DNA of 64,000 bases from Daphnia carinata (GCF_022539665.2 NC_081333.1:8928001-8992000); one strand, 5' to 3'; shown: positions 1 through 14,343, counted from the stretch's first letter. Translations and numbers: made by a program. Notes: generated by a model not told the origin, from the letters alone.

Positions 1-3000
1 CCATTGCTCGATTTTGCTGACGTATTTGCACCAATATTATTATTAATATTGTTATTATTTTCAATCGAATGCCCCAGCAAAGGTGACAGCGGTGGTGAAG
101 GCAGTTTTCCCGCGATCCCATTTCTGCACGAACAAAGTGACCCAATAACATTTAGATTTCGAACAGAATGACAATATAAGAAAAGAAAAATACTCACAAT
201 GATTTGTTCAGATGAACGCATTCCACAGTTTCTTTGACTTCAGGTTCTTCTTTTTCACCTAGTTGACCAGCAACGGGTTCCTCCTCTGATCATTTCCAAG
301 AGAAAAATAAGGATCAATTAATTTCTCTTTCGCTCAAAAGTAACAGACATTTATCACAAAACAACCGTTCACTATAAAACCAAACACGAGACGAAAGTAC
401 TGCACGACACAAAAAGACACCGATAGATTGACTGTTGCACTCACCAGTCAATAAATCCATTCATGTTAGTTCGCATTTTGGAATAAAGGTTAGTGGACAG
501 AGAAGAGAGACAGACGCGCTCATTTACAATTCATTGATTTGTATTGAACAGGATTTGTTTTTATCAGGATATCCCGTTAACAAACAGGAAAGGAGAAAAC
601 GACCTCCCGAAAAAGAAAGGTGCACTATAACACTATTACAAGAGTATTTTATTTTTTGTTTTGTTTTGTTTTTTCTTCTTCTGAATCATAAAATCTTCAT
701 CCGTTAAGAGCAATTATATGAGTAGAATCAACGATTCTATAAGTCGACTAGTTTTGGAAAACTTCTTTTGGGATAAAAACCGAAATGAATAAGAAGGAAT
801 GGAATCAAACCGGCCAGACTTAAAACGGTGGGGATATATAAATAAGATTTTGGAATAATTCTTCGTTCGGAAACGTTCTGTTTGTTTCGAAATCCTCAGA
901 GCCGTCATTGCAGATTTCGACGGTTAAAACATTTTTTTTAAGCAATACAAAACTATATGAGAAGGGACTGAAACTTGTTTAAATTTAACGGTGAAGGATA
1001 GTAAACTTCTTGGTCGCTACGTGATCAGTGAAAATCGCAAAAACCGAATAGGATTGAGACGACCACAGGGAATCGTTAACGCTCGTAAAGTGTTGAGTCT
1101 AATCAAGTCATAGAGAAGGAAAATGATGAGAATCAACATGGGTGAGGAAATTTTCTCCAACGAATTAAACAATGGAATACGCTACCGACGACTATGAAAC
1201 AACACGACTAGAAGACTGGTTGAGGTTGGTATTGACCCAAACTCTCTCACTTGTGGAGTGTTAGAACATACTCACAAACTCCCACAATAAGAAACACTAG
1301 TCATTATCAGCGTACAGCTTTCATTCAAAAGACAGAGAAAAAGAGATTCCAAAAAAAAAAAAACGAAAGATGAACGACGTCATTTTGGCATGAGATCGGA
1401 GGTAACGGAAAAAGCAACGGGTTGCAGGGGAGATGATTAAACCGGGGCGACGCGCTGGCGGCACAGTACGACACCGGTGATAATAGAAATGCTTCATTTT
1501 TCCTCTTTAAAAAAAAAAATTTCTTTTTTGTTTTTGAAATTCCGAGGCGTAAATAGGTGACGTGTTCATTGGAAAGATCGTCACATTAATGGCCGTAGTG
1601 AGCAGGTCGAGATCGAGGCAAGGTGAGCCCATTCTGACGGAGCCACGCTGCTTGGCCTACAGGTAGGTAGTTATAAAAAATTACGCCCATATGGAATCTC
1701 TGCTTGACATGATTGCATTTGACAACCAGTCAAAAGGGTTTCACATATATTTGTTTTATACGAAAGAAAATAAGGTATTTGAAAATTTGCGACAACCAGT
1801 TCTGTTGAATCTAACAGACAGAAGGAAAACGGATAAATTAATAAAAAATTGTTCCATAGAAAAAACATTCCAGTGGCCCAGTAAAACCATGCAAAATTAC
1901 TATTTAAAAATTCCGAAAAAAAAAAAATCTCATCTATGTACATAGCGACAAGAAAAGCTTGTGCCAATCGCCACGTCGAATTGAGCCGAGCCCCTCCATC
2001 TCCCCCGTCAAATCGCCAAAAGAAAAAAAAAACACGAAGCGGAAAAATAGACATAACAAGAAGGAGTGTCTCAAGCAGCGCGCACAATCGAGCTGGTAAC
2101 ACGACCTGGCACCTACTGAACGATCTAACACTCAGCCAATTCAAAGACCAACAAAAAAAAAAAATAATAATTAAAAAAAGAAATAATAATAATTTTTAAA
2201 AAAGTTACGAACGGCAAAAAGAAAAAAAAAATAATAAGTGTAGGGAGGTGGAGGAGAAAGTCTGGCCGGCTTTTCTTTTTTTTTTTTTTTGTTCGCGTTA
2301 CTTGCTTGCGGAATACATTCAACTTTGGGAAATGGATAAAGAAATATCAATAGGAGATGGATTTCCAAGTTCATGCTAAAAAAAAAGGAATACACCACGA
2401 CTGTTTGTCATGGATAATATCATGAATAATCAAAAGACTAGGTATCCGACCGAGGAGTTGAGAAAACAAAAGGGGAATGTCTAAGTAACTATTTCGAAGT
2501 GTGTGTTTGTGTGTTCATCATAAAATTGTGTTACGAGGAGCTATCGGAGTAAGATTCTTCGTCTGGCAGGTTATCAATCGAGCTGGGTGGAGAGGGGAAC
2601 TCGTCCATCATCGTTGTCGGATAGGGAGGCGGATCGAAGACGACCGTCTCGTTGACTGGAGTGGTCTCCTCAAAAGAGGGCGGCGGGGGTAAGCAACAAA
2701 GCGGCATAGCCGCCGTATCGTCCGAAACGACTTTGGCCTGCGTCTCGACGACGGCGGCTGCTTCAGACGCTTTAAAACTACTGCTAACATCACTCATCGT
2801 GTTATTTTGTTCGTGAAGAACATCTTCGCAGCCACCGTCATCCGTATCGGATGAAAGTTTCGAGTCGCAAGAATGCTCGCTGATGCGCGAAAGGACGTGA
2901 GCTTGAAAGACGTACTCGATGCCTGCCATTCGCTCGTAGATGCCCTCTTGGCTGTCGGGATCGGGCAGACCGTCCTCTTCGTTAACAAACTCGAAAATTT

Positions 3001-6000
3001 GATCTTCGGAGATGAGATGCTCCTCCAAACTGGTGCTGCTCAGCGTGTCTTGATAGACGAAATCAACGTCGCGGACATCATCAGCCGTCAGTGCCTCGTC
3101 ATCTTCCGTCTCTGTCGGTAAATGACTTATGACTGACTCCTGGTCTTCAACTGGATGTTCAAGACTGACGGAAGACGTGGCCGACACTATGACTTCTTCT
3201 TTTTCTGGTTGGCTCATTAAGCTGCACATCTTTTCATCCGCCTCGTCATCTTCATTGACAGACGCTTCACGGTCTTCTTCTTTGTCAACATGGACCACTA
3301 TGGGGAAAGACGGTTCGGTTGCGGTCGCGGTGAAATGCGAGGGAACAAATTCTACATCGGCGAGTGGGTTGAGGTCGGCAAGAACGGGGCCGACAGTATC
3401 GTCGCGGCTACTAAAGGCGTCAGGTGGAGGAAGGTTTTGGAACGAGACGAATTCAATCGATTTGGGACGGAACAACGATTTACAAGAGACCGGTTGAGTG
3501 TCGATTACATTCAAATCGATTTCGATTAGCCTAGCACGAGCAAACAAGGCATGCGGTTTCTCACGATAAGTTTTCTCTCGCAACGACCGGAAGCTTCTGC
3601 TACGCTGGAAATGGAACGAACATCCGTCAGCATCAGCGCTAGCCTCCTCCATCGGAATCATTTCACTTGCTTCGATGCCTCCAACGTCTTCTAGTCTAAT
3701 GACGGTCTCGCAAGACTTGGAGGAGATCATTGAGGTTTGCAATCGGCGGTGAAGAATGTAGGGTACTTCTTCATCCTTCATTATACGATTGGGCGAGAAA
3801 AAAATCGGCTCCGACTCGGAGAGTAGCTCATAAGAGTCTCTTGATACCGGATCTTCTAACGCGGAAATAGTTATATCCCTACCGACCGCTACCTCCGTGG
3901 GGAAAGTGTTGGGGTCGGTGTACTCGCTCGACGACAAACTACTTTCATCCTGACTACCACCACTTCGTGAATGTGACCTTACACTACCGCTTTGGAATTG
4001 CATGGAAGCGGACTGGGGGACAGGAAGAGGACTGCCTCGGTCGGGGCTGTTTGTCTGACTGGGACTAGAACATGGACTTTGGATCTGACCTGCTGAAGGC
4101 GACGGCAGAACTGATGACCCGCCAGTCCGGGGCAATGAGTGGAAGACCCCAGACGGCGTCTGCGGCTGGTAGTGATAGGAAGGATGCTGCGGGCTGGAAG
4201 ACGATTGTGAGTTGTTGGAGGTGACAGGCGACTCCACTTCCATCTCCCTTTCCATGTCAACATCCCGGTGTCCGCCCATCGATCGCGGCTCCCGCGAATG
4301 GTGAACGTCCACTGTTTCCGTCCGCTCGGGCGTCGATATGCTCCTGGCACGCGATTCTGAAATGGCCGCTACCGATCCGGGAGACACGTCATTTGCAACT
4401 GTTTGAACAGAAGAGAAATATTTAACAACAATTGCAGTTTGCTCTGCCAAAAGATTCGCGTCATCAATGCACTTACCAATAACGTTGTCACCAACCGGCA
4501 GGAGGGGATGAACAGACAAACTCGTGCCGACGCCACCAGTGTGGTGAGGGCTGGTATGCCGGAAGGACTGCGATCTGTAAGAGCCCGATGACAGTCAATC
4601 ATCATATTATAACCAAGCGGATGTAGAAAGAAGCACAAACCGTTGAAAAGACTGCCGCTTGACATAGTTTTCCCGGACGAATTCAATTATCTCTTTTTGT
4701 GTACGTCCAGTGTACCTAAACGGAGAATGGATGAGATGGGTGCACAGAGGAAAGGGAGGATATGTCACGAGGCCTGGCAAATTAGTTTGGAGGACTGAAA
4801 AAAATTGGACTAACCGGAAGGACGAGCCTCGACTCAAAACTCCCGGCTTGGGGCGCGGTTCATTTTTGGCTGTGGGGCAACGGAAAAAGCCGTGGTGCTC
4901 GACACATTTCTTCCAAAAATTCTTACACTCGTCTCTGCATTCAAAGTGAAACTCCACCACGTCTTTGTAATTTCCCTACGGGCGGTAATGTCATTTTAAA
5001 TAAATAGCGGGAAAAAATGCAGCGAAAAGTCAAAAGTTAAGCTTACGTGCGCTTCCGGGTGCAGTTTAATTAGGAACTTCTTCCTTTTGAACGACAACTT
5101 TCTCACTTTCGCCCAGGAGAATGTGTTGATTTTGGCAAAATTCTGGAAGACCAAAACTCCCATATGGGCCACTGCCAAGTTCAATGGCACACCTTCAGGA
5201 TCCTTTACATATATTCGCATTAATTTCAACGTTTTGATCACTTGTAACAACAAGATTCATCAAATATAGTAAACTCACTTTAGCCGGATGCATTTTTACA
5301 CCATAAAGTTCACAACGTCGGGCAGTTTCTAGAAGGTTCAGATCAGCTTCCGCAGGTGATTGTCCACTGAAAGAGTAACAAAGGTAAGCAGATTTTATCG
5401 CATCGAATCGATTTTTTGTCTTACATGTGTTTTTTATGATTCTCCATGATTCGCCTTTCCAGTTCGGGATCTTGGTGCGGTACAAATCTGTATGAAGAAA
5501 GGTACGTGTGATCGGGATAGTCCTCTGCCACGTAATCGCCGCACTCCGCTACGTAGAACCAAACAAAAGAAAAAAAAAAAAAAAAAAAAAGGGGGTTTAT
5601 GAAACTAAACGCCTACAGGAAACACAAGCCATGTGGGTCAAGGATGTAGAGTTGCTGCACCTTGAACCAGGTAAGAGGCGATGAGAGCTGCCGTCTTGTC
5701 GTTGCACTGCAAGGTGCCTTGCGCGAGGTCCTGCTTAATTTGCATACAGAAGAGGTAGCGGGTAAACTCCTCCTCCAGCTGTGCCGGATCTGGAGCGTAA
5801 AATTTGACGGCGAAGCGTAAGAGCGGGTCTGCTAGCGACAACTCCAGCTGTCGGTTCATCGGCTTCTCCAAGTCCAGCCAATATTTAACTTTCTCCGAGC
5901 TAGTGTATTCCAAGCCGAAGTAATCGGCCTCCAATAGATTCACCTGCTGGCAGACTTGCTCAAAGAGTACGCTGCCAAGGGCTTTGGCCTGACGAATACA

Positions 6001-6770
6001 ACAAATAGAAAATGATTACGATGACTTGTAAAAATCGATTATTTAAACACGGGGTGACGTTGATTGTCGCGTGCGAGCAACACGCACGGGTTGAATTCCA
6101 CATATCGAGAAATCTCCATTTTCAGCACTTCCTCGATCGCGCTTTGGATTCTCCCACCCTTTCCCAACACGATGTCGTGCTTATCCAACGTGAATCAGGT
6201 GCACCGCCCAAAGAGGCTACAAACGAAGGGTGGAACAGAGGAAACGAAATTCGGGTGTTTCCCGCGTTCAAGCGTACTGCTCTACAGCATTTATAATTTA
6301 CACGCTATGAGTTTTTTAAAGGCCCGGCAGGTATTTTTTTTTTTTTTTTTTTTTTTAAACATAAACTCTAGAAGAGAAAGATAGAAGACCATATTCGGTA
6401 TGGTAGGTGAGGGAAACTTTAATTGGGTAACGCTTAACACACGCGATCGTGCGCCCGCACACACAGAAGGGATAACATGTGTGGAAGGGTGGAAAAATTT
6501 TTGTTTCCATTCTACTCTCGTGTACTGATGTCGGTCCTTTGACCTCCAGTTTCCTCCAGCAACACTTCCTCTCCCGTCAACAGTTGTGGTCAAAACTTTG
6601 GTGGGAAATGGAGAAAGAAAAAAGGAAAAACTTTTCTGACTCACCTGAATCTGAAACATCGTTACGGTATCGTCAAGCATCTGAACGCGGACGACCAGGA
6701 TCTTGCTCGACCTCTTGGCGAGATTGGGAGATGAGCCGCTCCGACCGGTCTCGTTTGTCGTGGCATCCAT
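1..6770 (-). CDS. FARP1: FERM, RhoGEF and pleckstrin domain protein (FARP/Cdep-like), multi-exon, continues beyond window start
   Basis: Spliced exons give [44 protein letters not shown]...[12 protein letters not shown]...[25 protein letters not shown]...[14 protein letters not shown]...RYTGRTQKE, i.e. FERM plus FERM-adjacent domain of FARP type. ATG at 6770. Downstream coding exons at 285-198 and 123-1. The DH-PH part is not in the window; paralogue number is nominal. Confidence 0.88.
2531..4398 (-). CDS. Large composite/terminal exon of FARP encoding an acidic low-complexity tail
   Basis: Uninterrupted ORF of about 620 codons in frame with the FERM exons; acceptor at 4399 (aaacag|TTGCA), stop at 2531. 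Confidence 0.75.
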
Positions 6771-9700
6771 GTTTGAAGTTCCCGTCGACCACTGGTGCTG
6801 AATTTCGCTACAATCGAACTGTAAGAAAAAAAGCGAAGACAAGAATAATCAATTATTCATGGCAGACGTGTCAGGTCGAACGGCTTGAAAACGTGCGGCA
6901 CGACCAATGGTAATGCCCAAGCCTACGCAAACATTCGTGAGGAAAAGAATCCGAAGTTGGACGCCGACTACAAGATGAATTGAGAAATTCTTCTTCTCGA
7001 TTGGTTTCCGAAACGGGAAACAGTCAATTCAGTCGGGAGGGTGGAGACTCGTACAGAAACTTAAAAAAAAAAAAAGAAAAAGAAAAATCGAAAAACAAAA
7101 AAAACTGTCTTTCCGGTGACACAACGACAGCTTCTTCGTTGGGGCGGACGCGCGTAGGACGTCAGACAGAAGGAGGAGGACCGAACCGTGTTAACGGCCA
7201 GACTAAAAATAGCCGGCGTCGAAGCCGGGAGAATCGGATGATTGCTTTTCGAGACTGTGTGAGCTCGGTGTTAGATCCATGCTGCGACTTGTTTTTCTTC
7301 TTGCCGAGCTTTCCCCTCTTCTCACACCCGACACACTACGAGGGAAGGCTGAATGAGGGGAGCGAGAAACAGAGATGGGAAAAAACATTGGTGAGGAGCC
7401 AAATGAAGCATTCGAAAAGACAAGACGTATCACCCGTGGCAGCTGCAAGAGGAGGAGGACCTTGCTGGAGTTTTCCAGACAAATTAAGATCCCATGAAGA
7501 GCGAAAAATATTTTTTATATCACTTCGAAATGGGCAGTATCTGTGCGTCCGTATTATTATAAATGAATGTCACTCACGTCAAATGGCCATTCTCACCTTA
7601 GCTACTATATTTTGATGAATGTCTAGAGTGCTAATCACCCTAGAATCAATGGGATGTTTTTGGGCATTTTAATGGCATTTTTTTTTACATAAGCACTGCC
7701 AGAATTATAAACAACCTTAACTCATCAGAATTGGTGCTTGACAGTTAAGAATGTCCAGCTGGAGCAGGTGCTTGTGTAAACAATGGGATAAGACCAATCT
7801 CAACGTGGCTTCATGTTGAAGCTGATTGTCTGTTGACTAATTATGTGTTGACTGGTTGAGTAAACATGACTGCCAAGTAATGCAACTCTGATCACTGTAA
7901 AAAGGTTGTCTCGCATTGATAGTACTGAAGACTCAGTGAGAATTGGCAGAAAATTGTAGTACACCTTAGAATTGTTCACTATGCACTATCTATCTGACAG
8001 AATTTATCTCTTTAGGGCATGAAGTTCATCACCTGTCATGAGAGATAAAAGCCTGTTAAGAAACAAAACAATGGGTCTGTTTTTCAAGCAGCTACAAATC
8101 TGAAGCAAAGAATCCAAAAATTGGTAAAACCCAAGCTCCAGGTGAAAAGGGTGGGGATTGTGACAGGCATTTCGCAGCTGCGAGACGTGAGGCCTTTATG
8201 TCGACAGTCTCGAATTATTATGCAATTCTGAAATAGCCAACATACCTGGGACGACTATAACGCCAGTCAAAACCACTCACGAAATCCACGGACGATGAAT
8301 AGCATTGGAAATGAATGCAAAATAAAGCACCGCTTGACACACCAAACACTACTCCTGAGTACTGACTGCGCTGAACCTCTGAAAATTCTTCCGACTCCCC
8401 TACCCAATAAATATACACTCTAGGGTCCTTCCAACGTTGCCAGACTGGTTGTATAAAAGAATTGCACCTAGTCTACTTGCTCGCAGACTCCCAGTCGCAC
8501 AGTCCTCTTACTCATTCGTCTCTCATGCCGGAGAATCCAAGACCCAAGAGACTTCAAAAAGGGGAATGTTTTTAGTTTGTTGTACAGTTTCCGACCAGAC
8601 GCCCTTATCTCGATTTATGAGTTTACGCGCGCACCCGAATGAGAAGTCATCCGTCAGCAGTCAATATGGAAAGTCTTGAAACAGTTGGCACGTCTTGGAG
8701 ATCTTCCCAGCTGAAGACTACGTTCGCCCTCACGGGCTTTCCTTCACGATAGCTATTAACTCCCAACAGAAGTTACAAAAGACAGGAATGACCCGGGAAC
8801 ATCCCTCCCGCTTGCTTCTTCACGCTGGCCACCAACATTGATGCCACCAGGTACCAGCCCTAGTTTCTTTGGACATCTAGTGGCAGATATTTCATTTCAC
8901 CGGACCACCCATCACGATATGTTACGCTTTCTCTTTCTTATTCCGTTTTTTAAATTTCGTCATATGCCACCCCCAAGTGTGACGAGGTTTTTCTTTCTTC
9001 GGTGACTTAAGTGGGCGCATGCGTGTATGTGGATGATTGTATGAGCTGGCTTACTATTTCTAGAAAGCAAAAGAGCGCATCAATCAACGTATCCAAACAA
9101 CATCCCTTCAATACCCACCGGGTCGGATTCTAGGGCGTCAAACGAGGTGTTGTCGGCTTAATGAAATGACACTTTGAAAATCCGGTATATTCATCATGAA
9201 AGCATTTGAACACGCACCATGTTAAGTAGAAGAAATCTCATTCCACATTTTTAGTTGGCTCGCTCGAAAAGCGGCGTGCATCCGACAGAAGCACGCGTGA
9301 CAGCCAACGATATAATCTCTATTTCAATGAGTTTGTGATTGAAACCAACAGCCCACGACCCGTGAACAAAAAAAAAGATAACCAGATCTTCCATGCAAAT
9401 GATGAGAAACTGTTTCAATAAAAACGAAAGTCGGACATTGATCTATCTACGTTTATCTTTATCCCGTCATGCCTAACCCAAGCGTGACGCCAAAATCCTA
9501 TCGCATTACGCACTCTTGAGTGTCGTCAGGTCATCGCTCCCGGGCCCATTGAAACAAATGCCACAAGCGACCCAACCCTTTCTTGGCCATTATAACCAAA
9601 AAATTCATTGCCGCTGTATACGAATTCTTCAAGAATGGCTGACATCGAACGAAACAAAACTCAGCCTTTTGCTCGGGCAGTGTGTACTCCGCCAATAAAA

Positions 9701-10153
9701 GAGACGATCGTAAACCTTCTAACAGTAGGACCGCCATTGTTTGGTCGCCCTTGTAGGCTGATAAAGAGTCCCAGCTTCCCGCATAGTCATCGTCTTATCT
9801 TTACGAAGGACACACCCATCATTCTTATACCAAAAAAGGTTTCCAAGATAAACGATTCAATAGCATTGAACATAACTGAACGTATCCCGAGGTAGGGATT
9901 TCCCATTTTCATGAAATGTTGAAAACATTGCATCCAAAAAAAAAGACACGAATGTAATGATGATGCTACATAATGATGAAGCAATTTGTTAAAAAGAAGT
10001 CTTGTCGAGTATATCGCAGCGCCTGTTTTCATAAAGAGACCGACCCCTTAAATGAATCGTCGGGGAAGGAAAAAGAGATTACAACAACAGAAAACGGGCA
10101 GGTAAATATAGGATGATAAGGAGATGCATTGCAGTAAAAAGCCAAGGAGCTTT

Positions 10154-13100
10154 TCAGGCTTTGCGAGGGGTCAATGGTCGCCATGGTTTACGTGCGGCAC
10201 GCCGGAGCTCTTGGGTTGCCAACTGGCGTCTCAGTTTCCTGAAATCAGCCAAACAATACGTAAAATTTAATAACCTGTTGAGAAACGATAAAAACGTGCG
10301 ACAGGTGCAGGACGACAAGACAACTTAGGTGGGCGGTATCGTCCATCCAACTTACTATGGGGCAACATCTCACTCACTTGGTAATTTGAGTTGAATGGAA
10401 AAAGAGGTCGTCGGGTGCGTCCATCCACGTTGGTAACTGTTTGATCCGTCCACCTGAATGCCCATGAAGGCCACCACGAGATCCATGGCTGCGCGCACCC
10501 CGTCCCGCAAGTAAATTAGGAGCGGTGAGAGGCTGCGGAACGGACGGAAGCAAACTTGGCTTTACTGTTGGAGATATAGCGGACGATGGTGACGGAGAAC
10601 CCTTTGATCCAGGCAATAGGGGAACTAGCCCACTCGAATTGGCCAAGGCAGACACGTAGAGCTCTGAAGGAATATTCGGCCGTAATGAAGATATCGGCAG
10701 AGACGCAATGCTCGACAAGTTGGGTAGGAAAGGAGAAGGAGCCACTGGTGTTGGACTTCCGCTTATTCCCATGGCTAGGCCGGATAACGGAGCCAAAACA
10801 GATAACGGGGATACCACATTACTCGGACTCTCACGGGCAGAGCGTTTGAAGGGAGGACCTTCGCGCAAAAATTAAGAAAGCATGTCAGCGAACCAGGTGT
10901 TCCTTGTAACGATTTTTGTTAAAGGAAAGCTTACCTTCCAAAGGAGAATCATCTGGACGTCTTTTCAATCGCTCTGTTTCTCGCTGGGGTAATACTATTT
11001 TATCGTATATGAGACTACCATCTGTAGACAAAAGGAATTTCATTTTTTAGCACAGCGTGGATATCTAATTTTATGTTACGTCACTAGTTTACCAGCAGCT
11101 TTGGGGGGTTTTGGAAAAGCTTCACGATTCAGCTTTGTCTTGGGCAAGGAACGATCTGGTAGAATGAGCCAAGCTGCCGTTGTGGGTTGGATCTGACCAC
11201 GGGCAAGCCGAAAGGTCAGATCTGCGACGCGTATACGTTTAGGAGGACGAATTGGCGCCAGTGGCTTTTGCGCACGCAACATCCAGGATTGCACTTCTGC
11301 TGATGTCTTTCGAGCCATACGCATTTGAACTGTTGAACCAAATAATAATAATAAAAAATAAATAAATTTCAGTTGCAAGATTTTTTTTGTGCTCTTGCAC
11401 AAGCTTACAATCCTGCCGAATAGCTGCAGCACTAATTGGAAGGAAAGGAAACCGTGCAGCATGGCGTGGTCGCAATAAATGAGCAGAAAATCTTCGGGCC
11501 AACCGAGTTATGGGTGTTACCGCTGTTCGGGAAATCAAAGCGAAAATTAGATTATAATCAAACACTTTAAGGCATAAAAGGAAATTACCCAAATAAAAAG
11601 CAGTTCGAGTCTTTCAGGATAAGGAGGATTGGACAGAATTCGCGAATTGTGGGGGCAAACAAAAATGTGAAAAATTAGATTATGAAATTTCAAGTTATAG
11701 TCGGAGAATAAACAGCAGTTAGAGTAGGTAAATCATTTTGCTAGTAAACAAAACGCTGATTTACCTTCCCGCATCCCTGAGTCGAACAGCGATGAGGGCG
11801 CGAAGTCAAAGCTTCTGGACCTCCACTCAAGTTTTTGGAGTCTTCGTCGGACGAAGCCGGCAAAGCAACTTTGCTAGAAACGGTGAGCTCTCCATATTTT
11901 TTCCAGTAAGACCAACACGCTTGGCACAACCTGCTTTGTGGTAGGGTGGCAGGAGAGGCACCATTAGCCGGATTCCAAGCGTACCACTGTACCGATGTTG
12001 CCACTGAAAGTTTATTTTTAAAGAATTTAGGTTAGGACACCAGACACGAAAGGATTTTTACAGGAATTACCTGAGCAGCATTCACAAAACTTGCCGGGTC
12101 CCAAACCGATTTCGATTTGGTGAGCTCCATTTTTTGACGATTGTGGAAGTGGTGGGCCTATGGCAGCGGGATGTGGCTTGTTGCTGAAAAACGAAATGGT
12201 TCGTACAATCATGGTAAAATTCTATAAATATTTCCATGACTTACTAAGTGGGTATATAGACTTGTTTCAGTTTAGATTCAGCTTCAACAGCCTTCACTCT
12301 CTTTTGCTGAACGTAGCGATCCGTGGTTTTCCATAAATAGTAGTACTCAATTAAACTGGACGGTACTTTCCAGGACAAGAAGTCATTGCGAACGTCATTG
12401 AAATCTTTCCCGTATTTTTCTAGAAAATTAATGTGAAAAAGTAGGTTACTAATAAGCTTGGTTACTACATTTGAATTTTTTCATTATTACCCATTGCTTC
12501 TTCAAAAAGATTTGCTTCCGACGCTGACCATTCTTCCATTTGGTCACGACATAATATGGGACCTGTTTGAGGCACGAGGGCACACATCGCCTTGCCTAGA
12601 TCGTAATTTGATTGATGGAGGGCATCCATGGCGTGAAACTATAACGAAAATAATTACTGTACAAAGAAAATTTCAAAGCAATGCTTTTTTGATGTACCAA
12701 AGTTATATCTCTTGAGGCAGCAGCTGCACTCATATGCAAACTGGGTTGTTTTACTGACGAAGAGCAATCTAATGCCCGGGCAAACGTGCCCACTGACCTG
12801 GCAACTACCAAAAACTGGTCTATTTCACGATCTGACAACCCGTGTTCTGGAGTCCACGTTAAGACTTCTAACTCTTCCATATTGCGGCCGTCGGTATGAC
12901 CTAATTGATACGAATGTTTAATACAATTTTAGCTGTGAAAACAATCACCCTACAGCCTCAATCACCTACACCCTAGTTGGCTTACCTTCTTTCAGGAGGG
13001 CAGTGGGTTCTGCCTGATAGCGCGAGCCAACGCGAATTTCACCGCGGTCAGCTAGGAGCGTTCGTTGCACTGGATCATACACCAATGTATAAAAAAAGGC

Positions 13101-14028
13101 ATCCTAAAAAAATCCACAAATTAGGAATTAATTTAGGGTTCCCTATAAAATAAAATTTAAAAATACATCTTTGTCAATGTAGGAAGAAAATGATTCAGTT
13201 TCATTGAGAAGAGTAACACTACATTTTCCACGAATGTTTGTTGCTGGAAGAATTTCAACCTGTTTGGATAAAAACAATTCCCTTTGATTCAACTGACTTT
13301 TCTGTTTGGAACTTAACTCATCTATTGGCTCTTTTTCTTCACTTTTTTCTGTGATCTCTGGTTTGGTCTCAGTTATAGAAGCACTTGTTTCTTCTTCCTT
13401 TTTGCTTGGAACTTTTGCATCTGTTTCAGATTCCACTTTTACTGGTTCAGCTTCATTGGTAGCAGGATCAAGACTTGATGTAGGTGATGTGGCAATCTTC
13501 GCAGGAGAACAGCTAGTATCAGGCTTTACCATACTATTCCCATTAGTATCACCAACTACACCATCAACAAATTCTGAAGAAATAAAGTTAAAATAAAAAA
13601 ATTTAAGGATATAATTTTATTGGCAATAAAAAAAAACTGTGTGTTACAAAGCTTACCTTGATGTTTATCAGCAAGTGAAAGCAGGGTGGCAGGTATGTCT
13701 CGTCTTCGAAAATAGCACATAACTTTAGCTTCCACATTACCACTTGATGTCTATGCAACAGAAATGTTTGTTATTTGCCATCAAACATCTTGAATAGATC
13801 TGATACTACCTTGTTTAGCTCTTCAATTCTTCGAATTTGATAAGGCATAGAGGGTGCAGTTTCAAAGTAGACATAGTCTGAAATTTAGTTAACAAGATTT
13901 AATGAATATTTCTGTCAACTGGCTATTGTTGTTAAGCGCGAGTTTTTGACAGATTACCCGGCGTACGTCCTTGCATTTTTAATAAGATAAAGACACTTAC
14001 CCCCAACTCGGTACATATTAGTTGTCAT
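10154..14028 (-). CDS. MTA1: Metastasis-associated protein MTA1-like (NuRD subunit; BAH, ELM2, SANT, GATA-type zinc finger)
   Basis: Start [97 protein letters not shown]; last exon ...[16 protein letters not shown] with stop at 10154. Confidence 0.95.
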
Positions 14029-14343
14029 TTTACAGTAGAAAACTGTCACTTGTGTGTGGTATGTAACGTCAAATATTTGCTGTTAGTCAAATTATCATGA
14101 ACAGTAAAAAAAAAAAATCCCTTACTGATTTCCCAAAACTAGGTACAAGTGTCTTCAGTTGTACCAAGCTGCCGCCAGGCGTCGTTTTATTAACTCCCTC
14201 CCTTATCAACTACGGACGGTGGATCCAGAACCCTTCTCTGAAGAGCATCTTCTTTTTTCCAAATCGGTAAATCCTTTTTCCTGTTTGCACAGTTATGAAT
14301 TATCATTTATGATTACCACAATCAAGGACTTATGAGTCGAAGT

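Noticed and set aside
6012..7615. Plus-strand ORFs up to 211 aa antisense to the FARP 5' region
   Set aside because: No recognisable domain, homopolymer-derived Lys/Phe runs, non-ATG starts; consistent with intron/leader sequence.
10325..10430. TGGATGGACG shared between an MTA1 exon and the following intron
   Set aside because: Only 10 nt identical with weak flanks and no splice signals for a duplicate exon.
13605..13612. ATATCCTT (U12 AT-AC donor word) in an MTA1 intron, and GTATCCCT donor near 54737 in ARIP4
   Set aside because: The first is internal to a normal GT-AG intron; neither has a matching U12 branch site.
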